Shown here: positions 36,038 to 45,313 of the stretch, in pieces
Layout of the letters: each line of letters opens with the position of its first letter
Position numbering within the stretch: the first letter of the stretch is position 1
DNA from: Bacteroidota bacterium
GTDB taxonomy: Bacteria; Bacteroidota; Bacteroidia; Bacteroidales; WCHB1-69
Length of the DNA stretch: 64,000 nucleotides
Assembly (NCBI GenBank): GCA_037130365.1
Contig: JBAXTE010000003.1
Location: 15,458-79,457, forward strand
Direction: 5' to 3'
The notes under the pieces: generated by a model
What the model saw: only the letters and a program-made list of their open reading frames with translations
Databases searched by the model: none
What the model was told of the DNA's origin: nothing
Made by a program: the position numbers and the translations under genes

Positions 36038-37687
36038 TTAAGAATAATCTGGGTTTTTGGTATTCCGTTTCGTCAACAAAAAGTTCCCAATTACTAAAGC
36101 ATCTAAGCCACTTCTGTAAAAACTAGCAATTGCATCTGAAGGCGATGCCACAATGGGCTCATTATTCGTATTAAAACTAGTATTCACGGAAACTGGATGT
36201 CCGGTGAGTTTTTTTAATTCGATTAAAAATTCATAGTAAATTGGGTTATTGTTTTTGGAAACGGTTTGAATTCTAGCAGTTCCGTCAGCATGAACAACTC
36301 CTGGAATAACAGCTTTCATCTCTTCCTTTACATCAAAAGTGATGTTCATAAAGGGAGAAATCGGAGCCTTGCCTATAAAATAGTTACTTGATTCTTCTTC
36401 TACCACCGATGGGCAAAAAGGACGGTACGATTCGCGGTACTTAATTTTTGCATTAATTACGTTTTTTACATCTGGCATCGCAGGATTTGCCAAAATACTT
36501 CTGGCACCCAATGCACGAGGACCAAACTCCATTCTCCCTTGAAACCAACCAATAATCTTATTTTGGGATACCAGTTCGGCTGCTGTTTTAGACGGATTCT
36601 TAATTTCTAAGTAATCCACGCCAATATCATCGAGTGTTTTTTTTATCTCTTCATTTGTGAATTCCATACCCAATAAAGCAGATGTTATAGGCTCAATTTT
36701 AAATCCGTTTTTAGAAGCTACGTACATAGCAGCACCCATGGAAATTCCTGCATCGCTAGAAGCAGGTTGAACATAAATATCGTCAATAAAATCAAGATTC
36801 ATCACTTTTTGATTTACCAAACAGTTTAGCGCAACACCTCCGGCAAAACAAATTTTTCGGATTCCTGTTTCTCGATAAAAATAATGAACCATTTCTATAA
36901 TAGTATTTTCTAGTTGAGCTTGAGTTGAAGCAGCAACATCTTTAAATCGTTGATCAAATGGTTCGTGTTTAAGTCGTTTGGAGCCAAATTCTTGCAAGAG
37001 TAAATCGCTAAAAGCCATTTCTTGACGTGTTGGCTGCGACTCACCCTTAGGAATGCTTTTCATGTATTTTTCATTTAACAACAACTCTCCATTGTCAAAA
37101 TTCAAAATATGAGACATATCGTACTTGTTTCTATTGCCATAAGCAGATAAACCCATTAACTTATACTCATCACTATCTCTACGAAATCCACAAAACTGAG
37201 TAAAAAGTGAGTAGTATATTCCAAGGCTATTCGGACGATAATATCTTTTAAACAGTTCCATCGAATTGCCTTTTCCTACTGACAGTTGTGTAGAAACACT
37301 ATCACCTGAGGCGTCAATGGATATTACCATCGCTTGATTAAATCCAGATGCATAAAAAGCACTTGATGAATGAGAATCATGATGATGAACAAATTCTAGT
37401 TTCGGGCAAAAGCCAAAAGTGTATAAAAAATAATTAGTCAACTTTTGGGCATATTCATCTCCCCAAGTTGAACCGTGAGATGCCACAATATCAATGTCTC
37501 TGATGGAAATATTTGCTTGTTTTAAACATTCCTCTATTGCAAGTTCGGGTAATTGACCGGGCGAAAATTTAATTCTATTTAGTCGCTCTTCCTCAATTGC
37601 AAACAGTACTTTTCCGTCTTTCATCAGTGTAGCCGAAATATCTTGATACCCGATACGAACACCTCCATTAACTCCTAATATATACAT
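36038..37687 (-). CDS. NodU/CmcH-family carbamoyltransferase (second copy)
   Basis: YILGVNGG, EEERLNRIK, HHHDSHSSSAF, GGVALNCLVN, and VNTSFNTNNEPIVASPSDA. Confidence 0.9.
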   Translation of the reverse strand: MYILGVNGGVRIGYQDISATLMKDGKVLFAIEEERLNRIKFSPGQLPELAIEECLKQANISIRDIDIVASHGSTWGDEYAQKLTNYFLYTFGFCPKLEFVHHHDSHSSSAFYASGFNQAMVISIDASGDSVSTQLSVGKGNSMELFKRYYRPNSLGIYYSLFTQFCGFRRDSDEYKLMGLSAYGNRNKYDMSHILNFDNGELLLNEKYMKSIPKGESQPTRQEMAFSDLLLQEFGSKRLKHEPFDQRFKDVAASTQAQLENTIIEMVHYFYRETGIRKICFAGGVALNCLVNQKVMNLDFIDDIYVQPASSDAGISMGAAMYVASKNGFKIEPITSALLGMEFTNEEIKKTLDDIGVDYLEIKNPSKTAAELVSQNKIIGWFQGRMEFGPRALGARSILANPAMPDVKNVINAKIKYRESYRPFCPSVVEEESSNYFIGKAPISPFMNITFDVKEEMKAVIPGVVHADGTARIQTVSKNNNPIYYEFLIELKKLTGHPVSVNTSFNTNNEPIVASPSDAIASFYRSGLDALVIGNFLLTKRNTKNPDYS

Positions 37688-37740
37688 TTTATATCTCTTT
37701 AATCTTACACATCTTATTGTTTATCAATATCTTAATGTTA

Positions 37741-38931
37741 TTATCCGCAGTTAAAATATTTATCATACGTTATTTTTGGCAGCAAATTTAAACGGGATAA
37801 AAACTTTATTGGATATTTCATGGCTCTAATATAAAAATAGCCAGTTTTATAATCTTTAAATGTTTTTGGTGGCAATGCTAAATACGAGTCAAATTCTGCA
37901 CGACTAATGCCTAAGCGCTTAATACAAAGGTCGATAATTTTTGGATCTTCGATAGAATATAAGCCATGGGCACGATTTAAGGCTTTTTCTCGATCGAGTT
38001 GACCAGAGCGAACCAAGGCAGAATCACTATTCATATTCATATCAATATTAAACTTAACACGATGAACATATTTAATTAAACTGTGATATAAATCATCAAA
38101 ATAATGTGCCCCTGGATAAACCCAGTCAAGTTCTTTTATGATTATTTCTTCGGCATCTTTTCTAATATAGTCATGATAGTACATCGGAGTAATTGTCTTA
38201 ATTCCCTTAATCACGGTATAATAAAAAAGCTCCTTTAAACCTAAATTAAACCCTGGATCATTAGCTGTCCAAGGGCGAAGTGGAATAGAGCTAAATTGAT
38301 TATGAACATTTCTTAAATAATCACCATCAAAAAACGACCAGGACAATGGTTTTACTCCTTCGGTTCTAAACGATTGACCAATTAATATGAACTTAATATT
38401 TTCCTTATGGGCAACTCCAAATAATGATGATGCTATTCCGATATCTGTTCCCATATTTAATTCAGGAACGGATGCTTTTAAAAAATCAATTTTTAAAGCT
38501 TTTGCTTCTCTCCAATCCGAAGTAATTGTTCGTAAATCAACACCCAGCGTTTTTACCGCTTTAATCATGTTTTCGCCAGCAACTGGATTATCAAATCCAT
38601 CATTAAAATGAACTGCTAAAGGACGAAGTCCCCATTTTTTTACTACTAAATATAGCAAATAGCAACTATCTCTACCCCCACTTACTCCAACTACACAATC
38701 GTATTTTTTGTTTTTGCCTTTACGTTTCATTTTACGAACAAACTCATCCTTCATTGCCGCACCTTTGTAGCCATTTGGAAAAGATTTTTCTAATTTATCA
38801 TGAAGGTGGCAAAAGTTACAAACATCATCCGAGTCAAATTCTATACCCGGAACAGTGCTATCCTGAACGCATCTAGAACATTGCTTATATGTTATTGATC
38901 TTGAAATTCCGTTTACTATCACAAAGCTCAT
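37741..38931 (-). CDS. N-acetyl-sugar amidotransferase (WbpG/PseA-type PP-loop ATP pyrophosphatase with Zn-ribbon)
   Basis: CSRCVQDSTVPGIEFDSDDVCNFCH, and the PP-loop VVGVSGGRDSCY. Confidence 0.85.
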   Translation of the reverse strand: MSFVIVNGISRSITYKQCSRCVQDSTVPGIEFDSDDVCNFCHLHDKLEKSFPNGYKGAAMKDEFVRKMKRKGKNKKYDCVVGVSGGRDSCYLLYLVVKKWGLRPLAVHFNDGFDNPVAGENMIKAVKTLGVDLRTITSDWREAKALKIDFLKASVPELNMGTDIGIASSLFGVAHKENIKFILIGQSFRTEGVKPLSWSFFDGDYLRNVHNQFSSIPLRPWTANDPGFNLGLKELFYYTVIKGIKTITPMYYHDYIRKDAEEIIIKELDWVYPGAHYFDDLYHSLIKYVHRVKFNIDMNMNSDSALVRSGQLDREKALNRAHGLYSIEDPKIIDLCIKRLGISRAEFDSYLALPPKTFKDYKTGYFYIRAMKYPIKFLSRLNLLPKITYDKYFNCG

Positions 38932-39241
38932 AATCTCTGAATTAATTCAACAATGAGTTAGCAAAGATATGAAACTTTGACTTAGTATTTGTGATATTTT
39001 AGAGTCGCTGAATGTCAATTCTTTTCCTTAATATTTATTTGAGATTTTATAAGTTCAATGGTTATATTCATTAACGACAGGTCGAGTGTCTCGATATAAT
39101 CAACGAGCACTTTATCACTCATCGGAAATAGATTATCTAGGACAAGTTCTTGCTCGTTTAATGTAAAATGATTTAATATTAAGTTTAGCTTTTGATTTCT
39201 GATTTTTATAATTGGGGTTCACAACTTGTTTTTATCTAATT

Positions 39242-40066
39242 TTAATGTTTTGCAGTATTAAATCGTTCACTAATTTGAGTTCCTTTTTCTTCGTTTTCGG
39301 GAACTTCTGTTTCGAACATCACAATGTCGCCTGCAAATTCATTCATCAATCCCTGAGCAATAACCACATTTTTGTTGACTGCTAATGAGCAACCTACCAT
39401 CTTTTTGCCTTCGTATGGACCGCCAACAATGTAACCGACACTTGTTGTGCTGCAAAAAATGATGTTGTATAATTCTGCAATTTCCGAAAGAGGTTTAATC
39501 CATTTGTCATTATAGGGATCTTGTTCTTCTGTTATAGAATAATCAACAGTCCAAGATGATGGAGACAAAATAATTTGTGCACCCATTTTCGCTAAAGTAT
39601 GGGCAATTGACAGACTGTTATAATAGTTATCAGCACAAATATTTACGCCAATCTTCCCAAATGGAGTATCAACAACATTCAACGTTGTTCCGACATCGTA
39701 ATAATCGTGTTCAACAACCAACAGATTTATTTTGCTGTACTTAATTATAATATTTCCTTCATTATTAATCAGTAGAGCGGTGTTAAATCTCCTATTCTCT
39801 CGTTTTTCGGTTAGACCAACACAAATAAAGATATTATTGGTTCGGGCCATTTCACAGAATATATCGCTATATTTCCCAGGAATTGGTTCGCACTCAACCT
39901 TAGCACTGGGATGTGTCCATGCAAAATCGATGGTTTCTGGTAATAGAACAACGTCGCAATTGGCTTCTGCAGCAAGATTTACTAATTTTTCAGCACGTTC
40001 AATATTCCGTTCTGGTTCTCCTCCTTCAACTAATAATTGTGCTAATGCAATTTTAATGGACTTCAT
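39242..40066 (-). CDS. Carbon-nitrogen hydrolase (nitrilase superfamily), second copy
   Basis: IALAQLLVEGGEP, LPETIDFAW (Glu), and VNICADNYY (Cys) catalytic regions. Confidence 0.85.
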   Translation of the reverse strand: MKSIKIALAQLLVEGGEPERNIERAEKLVNLAAEANCDVVLLPETIDFAWTHPSAKVECEPIPGKYSDIFCEMARTNNIFICVGLTEKRENRRFNTALLINNEGNIIIKYSKINLLVVEHDYYDVGTTLNVVDTPFGKIGVNICADNYYNSLSIAHTLAKMGAQIILSPSSWTVDYSITEEQDPYNDKWIKPLSEIAELYNIIFCSTTSVGYIVGGPYEGKKMVGCSLAVNKNVVIAQGLMNEFAGDIVMFETEVPENEEKGTQISERFNTAKH

Positions 40067-40134
40067 AAAAATCGAATTTTTTGTAAAAATAGAAAGAAAA
40101 CTTCAATTGAATATACAAAGTGCAAATTTACATG

Positions 40135-40359
40135 CTAGTTCTTATTTGTATGTTGAATAATTGTTGTATCCGTTTGCGAAATCATCGCATCAAAAACGCC
40201 CATTTGTTTAAGTTTCCATTCTACGCCTTTGGCAAAAAGGTTATACCCCTTGGCGTTATGATGACCATCTAATTTCCAATAATATTTGTCAAAATTATGT
40301 TCATTTATTCCCTCATATTTAATAAAATAATCTAATAAATTTAAAGAATGTATTGTTGT
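40135..40359 (-). pseudogene. C-terminal remnant of a third membrane-SGNH paralog
   Basis: My minus-strand translation gives ...NLLDYFIKYEGINEHNFDKYYWKLDGHHNAKGYNLFAKGVEWKLKQMG.... It aligns with the C-termini of ORFs 31272-33032 and 40528-41679. It has an in-frame stop immediately upstream and no N-terminal part. Confidence 0.6.
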
Positions 40360-40527
40360 CTAATTCGATTTTAGTATTGGTATAAGATGCTTTTTCTATT
40401 AGAAGGTTTTTGCAATGCAGACTATATTTTATCATAAAATATTTCGTTCAGAAACTCTATTTTTTTGTAAATCTATGAATTAATTTTTATTTTTACTTCA
40501 TATTTAATTATTATTTATTGAATTCTA

Positions 40528-41679
40528 ATGAAAATTAAAGTCTTTTATCGTTCACTTTTGTTAATTTGTTCATTCATTTTTGGCTATTATTTTGTACTAA
40601 AAAACCAAGGTGTTCAAATTCAATCAAAGTATATGGGATTTGTATTAATTGGATTTTCGTATTCACTTTTTTTGACTATTATTCAAAGAATTAAGACTCA
40701 ACAACTTCGATTAAAGTTAACCATTTCTTCACTCCCGATTGTTTTAGGGCTTGTCTTTTTAGAGTTTTATGACTTAAAATATTATACGAACCATGAGTAT
40801 CAGATGAATCTTTATGTGCCACCGATAAATTTATATCATGTATATAGCCCAAATTCGATAACACAATGGACAAATGAAGAATATGGACATTATAGAAAAA
40901 TAAATTCTCAAGGATTGTGTGATGAAGAACAAACGATTAAAACTGATTCTCTAACCAATACAATTATTGGATTAGGCGATTCTTTTACAGAAGGATTAGG
41001 TGCTCATTCCGACTCCACTTGGTTAAAGTTTTTAGAAAGAAAAATATTATCCCAATCTCAAACAAAGTACCAATTTATTAATGCAGGTATTTCTGGAAGT
41101 GACCCAGTTTATGAATATATTTTATTACGTGATAAGCTACTAAAGTTCAAACCAAATACTGTTATTTTAGCCTTAGGATACGAGATTAATGAGATGATTA
41201 TTCGGGGAGGATTTGAACGTTTTCAAAATGATGGGACTATTAAATATCGAGATAAACCATTTTGGTATCCTTTATATAAAATATCTGGTGTTTTCAGATT
41301 ATTTGTTCGAATCTGCTTTGCAAACGAAATGCTTTTACCTGGAAATCAAGTAAAAATCGAAGAAAAAAAGGCAATTAATGAAATACAGTCGATTATACTT
41401 CTTTTTAAACAATTGGGAGAAAAAATGAATTTCAAATTAGTTTTAACAATATATCCTTTGTATAAAGAAACTATAAATAAAAAATATGATTATTGGACAG
41501 AAACGATAAAATTTGCTCAAAAAAACCAAATAATCACCGTTGACTTACTAAAGTTTTATATCGATTCCGTTCACATGAATAAAACAAATATTTCAAATTA
41601 CTATTGGCCTATAGATGGACACTATAATGCTAAAGGATATGAGAAAATGGCTGAAGGAATTTATCAATCAATAAAATAA
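40528..41679 (+). CDS. Membrane-anchored SGNH/GDSL hydrolase (paralog of the C-terminal part of 31272-33032)
   Basis: IIGLGDSFTEGLGAHSDSTWLKFLERK, FINAGISGSDPVYEY, and YYWPIDGHYNAKGY. Confidence 0.75.
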   Translation: MKIKVFYRSLLLICSFIFGYYFVLKNQGVQIQSKYMGFVLIGFSYSLFLTIIQRIKTQQLRLKLTISSLPIVLGLVFLEFYDLKYYTNHEYQMNLYVPPINLYHVYSPNSITQWTNEEYGHYRKINSQGLCDEEQTIKTDSLTNTIIGLGDSFTEGLGAHSDSTWLKFLERKILSQSQTKYQFINAGISGSDPVYEYILLRDKLLKFKPNTVILALGYEINEMIIRGGFERFQNDGTIKYRDKPFWYPLYKISGVFRLFVRICFANEMLLPGNQVKIEEKKAINEIQSIILLFKQLGEKMNFKLVLTIYPLYKETINKKYDYWTETIKFAQKNQIITVDLLKFYIDSVHMNKTNISNYYWPIDGHYNAKGYEKMAEGIYQSIK

Positions 41680-41732
41680 TTATTCCTTCTAATACCAAAT
41701 CTTGGTATAAAATAGCCCTGGTGGGTGAGTAA

Positions 41733-41808
41733 TGCCTGCCACGACTTGGCGTGGCCGAACTCAAAGATATTTTATATGCTAGATTGGCTTGTCCAGCTTT
41801 AGCGGGAT
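41733..41808. repeat. Dispersed short repeat, expanded copy in inverted orientation relative to 25434-25476
   Basis: The reverse complement reads ATCCCGCTAAAGCTGGACAAG...(about 40 nt)...CACGCCAAGTCGTGGCAGGCA. Confidence 0.55.
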
Positions 41809-42202
41809 CTAATGCCGCTCGTAGATATAAATAGTTCATTTAAAGTTTGAAAAATGGACTATATTATATCTAAAAGCGGTATTACAAATGGAGTCACGGC
41901 TAATTTCATGTAATCAAAACGTTAATAGCAGTTTAAACGAAATAATTAATGCTGATTTGTACAGGAAAACAGAACACTGGGTATCAAATCACAATTTGCA
42001 AAAAAACACTTTCTGAAAAGGACAAAATTTGATTTCTCTCTAAATCGCAAAAAAAACTTAATTGCAGTTTAACACCTTTTATTTGGAGAATAATTTTAAA
42101 AGAGACTGACTTTTTCTGAATTTTGTTATGTTTTTAATCAGACCTTTAAAATTTAATCAACAAAATTTTGCATCTAGCATTAAAAATTCAGATTAATAAA
42201 TG

Positions 42203-42210
42203 TAAGTTTG
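42203..42210 (+). promoter_or_regulatory. Candidate -7 box TAnnTTTG (taagtttg)
   Basis: 19 nt upstream of the ATG at 42229, after a roughly 550-nt non-coding stretch. Confidence 0.4.
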
Positions 42211-42228
42211 TAGAGTAAAAAAACTTAT

Positions 42229-42828
42229 ATGATTATAGTTGGTGCAGGTTCTTCAGGTAAAGAAACCTTAGGTATGATGATACTACAATCGATTCCATTT
42301 GATGAAATTGTTTTTTTTGATGATAATTATAAAGGCTCAAACCTAATATTTGGCAAATATCAAGTTATTACGGATGTTAACAAAATGGAGTCTTACATAA
42401 ATGAATATGCGGATTTCTGTATAGCAGTTGGTAACCCACGGATTAGAGAAAAGCTATATTCAAAAATGATTTTATGGGGTGGAAAAGCAAAAAACATCAT
42501 TTCTCCAAGCTCGTATTGCATTAGTACAATAAGTGAAAACGGAACAATTATCCAACCAGGTGTTTCAATTTCTTATGATTTTCAAAGCGGGAAATCATGC
42601 ATTATTCACTCAAACAGCGTTATTGGACACAAAGTAATAATTGGAGATTTTGTTAACATAAGCCCACTGGTTTCGATTGTAGGTCCCTTAAGTATTGGAG
42701 ATTATTCTTACGTTGGGGCGGGCTCAGTAATATTGCCAAATATTAAAATTGGTAAAAACGTCTATATCTCTGCAGGTTCTGTAATTGAAAAAGATGTAGC
42801 AGATTTTGAAACAATACATAGAAAATGA
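42229..42828 (+). CDS. NeuD/PglD-family left-handed beta-helix sugar acyltransferase (paralog A)
   Basis: MIIVGAGSSGKE Rossmann-like N-domain plus hexapeptide repeats (IGHKVIIGDFVNISP, IGDYSYVGAGSVI, IGKNVYISAGSVI). Confidence 0.8.
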   Translation: MIIVGAGSSGKETLGMMILQSIPFDEIVFFDDNYKGSNLIFGKYQVITDVNKMESYINEYADFCIAVGNPRIREKLYSKMILWGGKAKNIISPSSYCISTISENGTIIQPGVSISYDFQSGKSCIIHSNSVIGHKVIIGDFVNISPLVSIVGPLSIGDYSYVGAGSVILPNIKIGKNVYISAGSVIEKDVADFETIHRK

Positions 42829-43052
42829 GGCATAGAACAAAACTTATTTTGTCACAAAACAACTTAATTTTTTCGTTCTGTTAAGTTTAATTTATTATTT
42901 CAATTAAAAAAAATCAACGACATTCGCTTCGGGAAAAATGTTTGAGTAATCTGACAAACTTGCTTTAATATATTTGGATTAAGCTATTGGTTTAGTTTCA
43001 ACTCTATAACCGCAAATTAACCTATTTGAATAATACAACAAATAAAAAAGTA

Positions 43053-43060
43053 TATCTTTG
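43053..43060 (+). promoter_or_regulatory. Candidate -7 box TAnnTTTG (tatctttg)
   Basis: 17 nt upstream of the ATG at 43077. Confidence 0.4.
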
Positions 43061-43076
43061 TGTACTTAATGTTAAT

Positions 43077-44066
43077 ATGAAAATGAAAATTTTACTCACA
43101 GGTGGTTTAGGTTTTATTGGTTTTCATACTGCTAAATTATTGGAAGAGAGCACAAATCATCATCTTCTTATTGTTGATGCATATAGAGAATATATCAAAC
43201 ACGACGTAAAATTCAATCCCTATATTCGCCGAGGTTCTATGATTCAAAAGTCGAATATTATCCAAGGGAATTGCAGTAATTTTTCATTTATTAAACAGAT
43301 TATTCAGGATTTTCAGCCCGAAATCATTATACATTTTGCCTCTTTACCCATTGTTTGGAAAGCTGAAAACTGGCCTGAATTAGCACATCAAGATATTGAA
43401 GAGAGTTTTAAATCAGTACTTGCAGGTTGTGAAGAAACATCACAGGTCCCCAAAAAAATCATTTATATCTCCTCATCTATGGTTTATGGTCATTTTATGC
43501 GCGACCAATTTCAAAATCTGATACCTGCAATTGAAAATCAAGCCATTACTCCGATAGATGTGTACGGTAGATGCAAAATGTTTTGCGAAAACATGCTTAC
43601 CGATTTTGCAAAAAAAACAAATTCAAATTATATTATTATTAGACCCTCAGCTGTTTATGGTCCAGAAGATTATAACAAAAGAGTGGTTGAGGCATTTTTA
43701 AAAAACGCGATTCAACATAAAGAAATTATAATTAGTGGAAATGGCGAATTAACGCTTGATTTCACCTATGTTGATGACCTAGCCAAAAGCATTTCACAAT
43801 GTATAGAAACGGATATTAGAAACGAAACATTTAATATAACTTTCGGACATGGATACACCATTAATGAATTGGCAAATATTGTTAAGCAATTGATTCCGAG
43901 TGCTAATATTAAGCATGGATTATTAGCTCCAAATCGACCAAATAGAACCTATTTAAACATCGAAAAGGCAAAAACTTTATTGGGTATAAATCCTCAAACA
44001 TCCTTAGAACAAGGCGTCGAAAAATATTATAAATACCTCATAGACCATCGTATTTATGAACAATGA
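43077..44066 (+). CDS. NAD-dependent sugar-nucleotide epimerase/dehydratase (extended SDR)
   Basis: ILLTGGLGFIGFH and YGRCK (YxxxK). ATG at 43077 preferred over the TTG at 43026. Confidence 0.8.
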   Translation: MKMKILLTGGLGFIGFHTAKLLEESTNHHLLIVDAYREYIKHDVKFNPYIRRGSMIQKSNIIQGNCSNFSFIKQIIQDFQPEIIIHFASLPIVWKAENWPELAHQDIEESFKSVLAGCEETSQVPKKIIYISSSMVYGHFMRDQFQNLIPAIENQAITPIDVYGRCKMFCENMLTDFAKKTNSNYIIIRPSAVYGPEDYNKRVVEAFLKNAIQHKEIIISGNGELTLDFTYVDDLAKSISQCIETDIRNETFNITFGHGYTINELANIVKQLIPSANIKHGLLAPNRPNRTYLNIEKAKTLLGINPQTSLEQGVEKYYKYLIDHRIYEQ

Positions 44067-45147
44067 AATAAAAATCCCATTTATTGATATCAGTAGGTTT
44101 AATAAGGAATTTAACACCGACATTAATCAAATTTGCTCCGACGTATACTCCTCGGGTCAACTGATGAATGGCGAACAGACCAGAAATTGTGAAGAAAAAC
44201 TTTCGGCAATTTATTCTTATCCAGAAACCGTAATGACTGGGAGTTGTACCGATGCCCTTTATTTTGCAATGAAAGCGCTTAATATTGGAGTTGGCGATGA
44301 GGTAATCGTGACAGTTTTATCGTTTATTGGCACGCTAAGCCCAATTCTTCGTGCAGGTGCCGTTCCAGTTTTTGTTGATATTAATCCAAGTGATGGATTG
44401 ATGGATATTGATCAGATTGAGTCAAAAATTGGCCCTCGTACAAAAGCAATAATTGCGGTACACCTTTATGGCAAGGTGCTGAATATGTGTAAATTGAACA
44501 AACTTGCAGAAAAGCACAATCTGCTGGTGATTGAAGATGCTGCACAGTCGATAGGTATAGTTGCAGAATATGGAAATTCAATAAAACCGGATGCAATTTG
44601 CTTAAGTTTTGATCCCACAAAGGTGATTCATGCATTTGGTAGTGCAGGTGCCGTAATATGCAGAGACCAACTTCTGGCAAAAAAAATCAGACAAATTCGG
44701 TATCATGGTAAATCGGGTAATGATTTCGAAATACTTGGGTATAATTCTCGGATAAATGAAGTGCAGGCAGCATTAGTACTCTTTCAAATGGATAAATTTG
44801 AAAAAATAATTCAAGCGCGAAAAGCTATTGCAGAAATGTATGTTGCAGAATTATCTAACGTCTCAGAAATAGTTTTACCAGCAGTAAATACTCCCTCAAA
44901 TTTTCATAAATTCGTAATTCATCATCCCAATCGGAATGAGTTAAAGAAATTTTTGGAGATAAATGGAGTACAAACCATGATTCATTACGAAAAATGTTTG
45001 AATGAATATTCAATTTATAAAACGGATGAAGTGTTTACAAATGCAAAAAGAATAAATAATAGCTGTTTAAGTTTACCCATCTATTATGGATTAAATTCTA
45101 ATGATTTACACATTATAATTAATCTGTTAAAAAGTTTTAATCACTGA
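44056..45147 (+). CDS. DegT/DnrJ/EryC1 PLP sugar aminotransferase
   Basis: IPFIDISRFNKEF, GSCTDALYFA, GDEVIVTVLSFIGT, and SFDPTKVIHAFGSAGAV (Lys). Confidence 0.85.
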   Translation: MNNEIKIPFIDISRFNKEFNTDINQICSDVYSSGQLMNGEQTRNCEEKLSAIYSYPETVMTGSCTDALYFAMKALNIGVGDEVIVTVLSFIGTLSPILRAGAVPVFVDINPSDGLMDIDQIESKIGPRTKAIIAVHLYGKVLNMCKLNKLAEKHNLLVIEDAAQSIGIVAEYGNSIKPDAICLSFDPTKVIHAFGSAGAVICRDQLLAKKIRQIRYHGKSGNDFEILGYNSRINEVQAALVLFQMDKFEKIIQARKAIAEMYVAELSNVSEIVLPAVNTPSNFHKFVIHHPNRNELKKFLEINGVQTMIHYEKCLNEYSIYKTDEVFTNAKRINNSCLSLPIYYGLNSNDLHIIINLLKSFNH

Positions 45148-45282
45148 CATTTGGTTTTTTTTTTAGTTCTGTATGATTTTGTTATTTATGAAATCAATTT
45201 GCTTTCTAAATTCGATTTTTGATAGTTTATATTTTTTACTGGATTGTGAAATTAAATTTTAATGCCAACAAAAATTATTAAC

Positions 45283-45290
45283 TACCTTTG
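45283..45290 (+). promoter_or_regulatory. Candidate -7 box TAnnTTTG (tacctttg)
   Basis: 24 nt upstream of the ATG at 45314. Confidence 0.4.
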
Positions 45291-45313
45291 TTTCATTCTT
45301 AATTTAGATTCTT

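Noticed and set aside
39015-39122. 35-aa minus-strand ORF (MSDKVLVDYIETLDLSLMNITIELIKSQINIKEKN) in the 310-nt gap between the C-N hydrolase and the amidotransferase. The open frame extends about 30 codons upstream without an ATG.
   Set aside because: It is faintly carrier-protein-like (…LDLSL…), but too short after the putative Ser for an ACP fold, and it has no canonical start. It may be a gene remnant; left unannotated.
41630-41839. 69-aa minus-strand ORF (…RAALDPAKAGQANLAYK…).
   Set aside because: It overlaps the 3' end of the SGNH gene and is otherwise a translation of the dispersed G+C-rich repeat at 41733-41808. It has no start context and no family motif.
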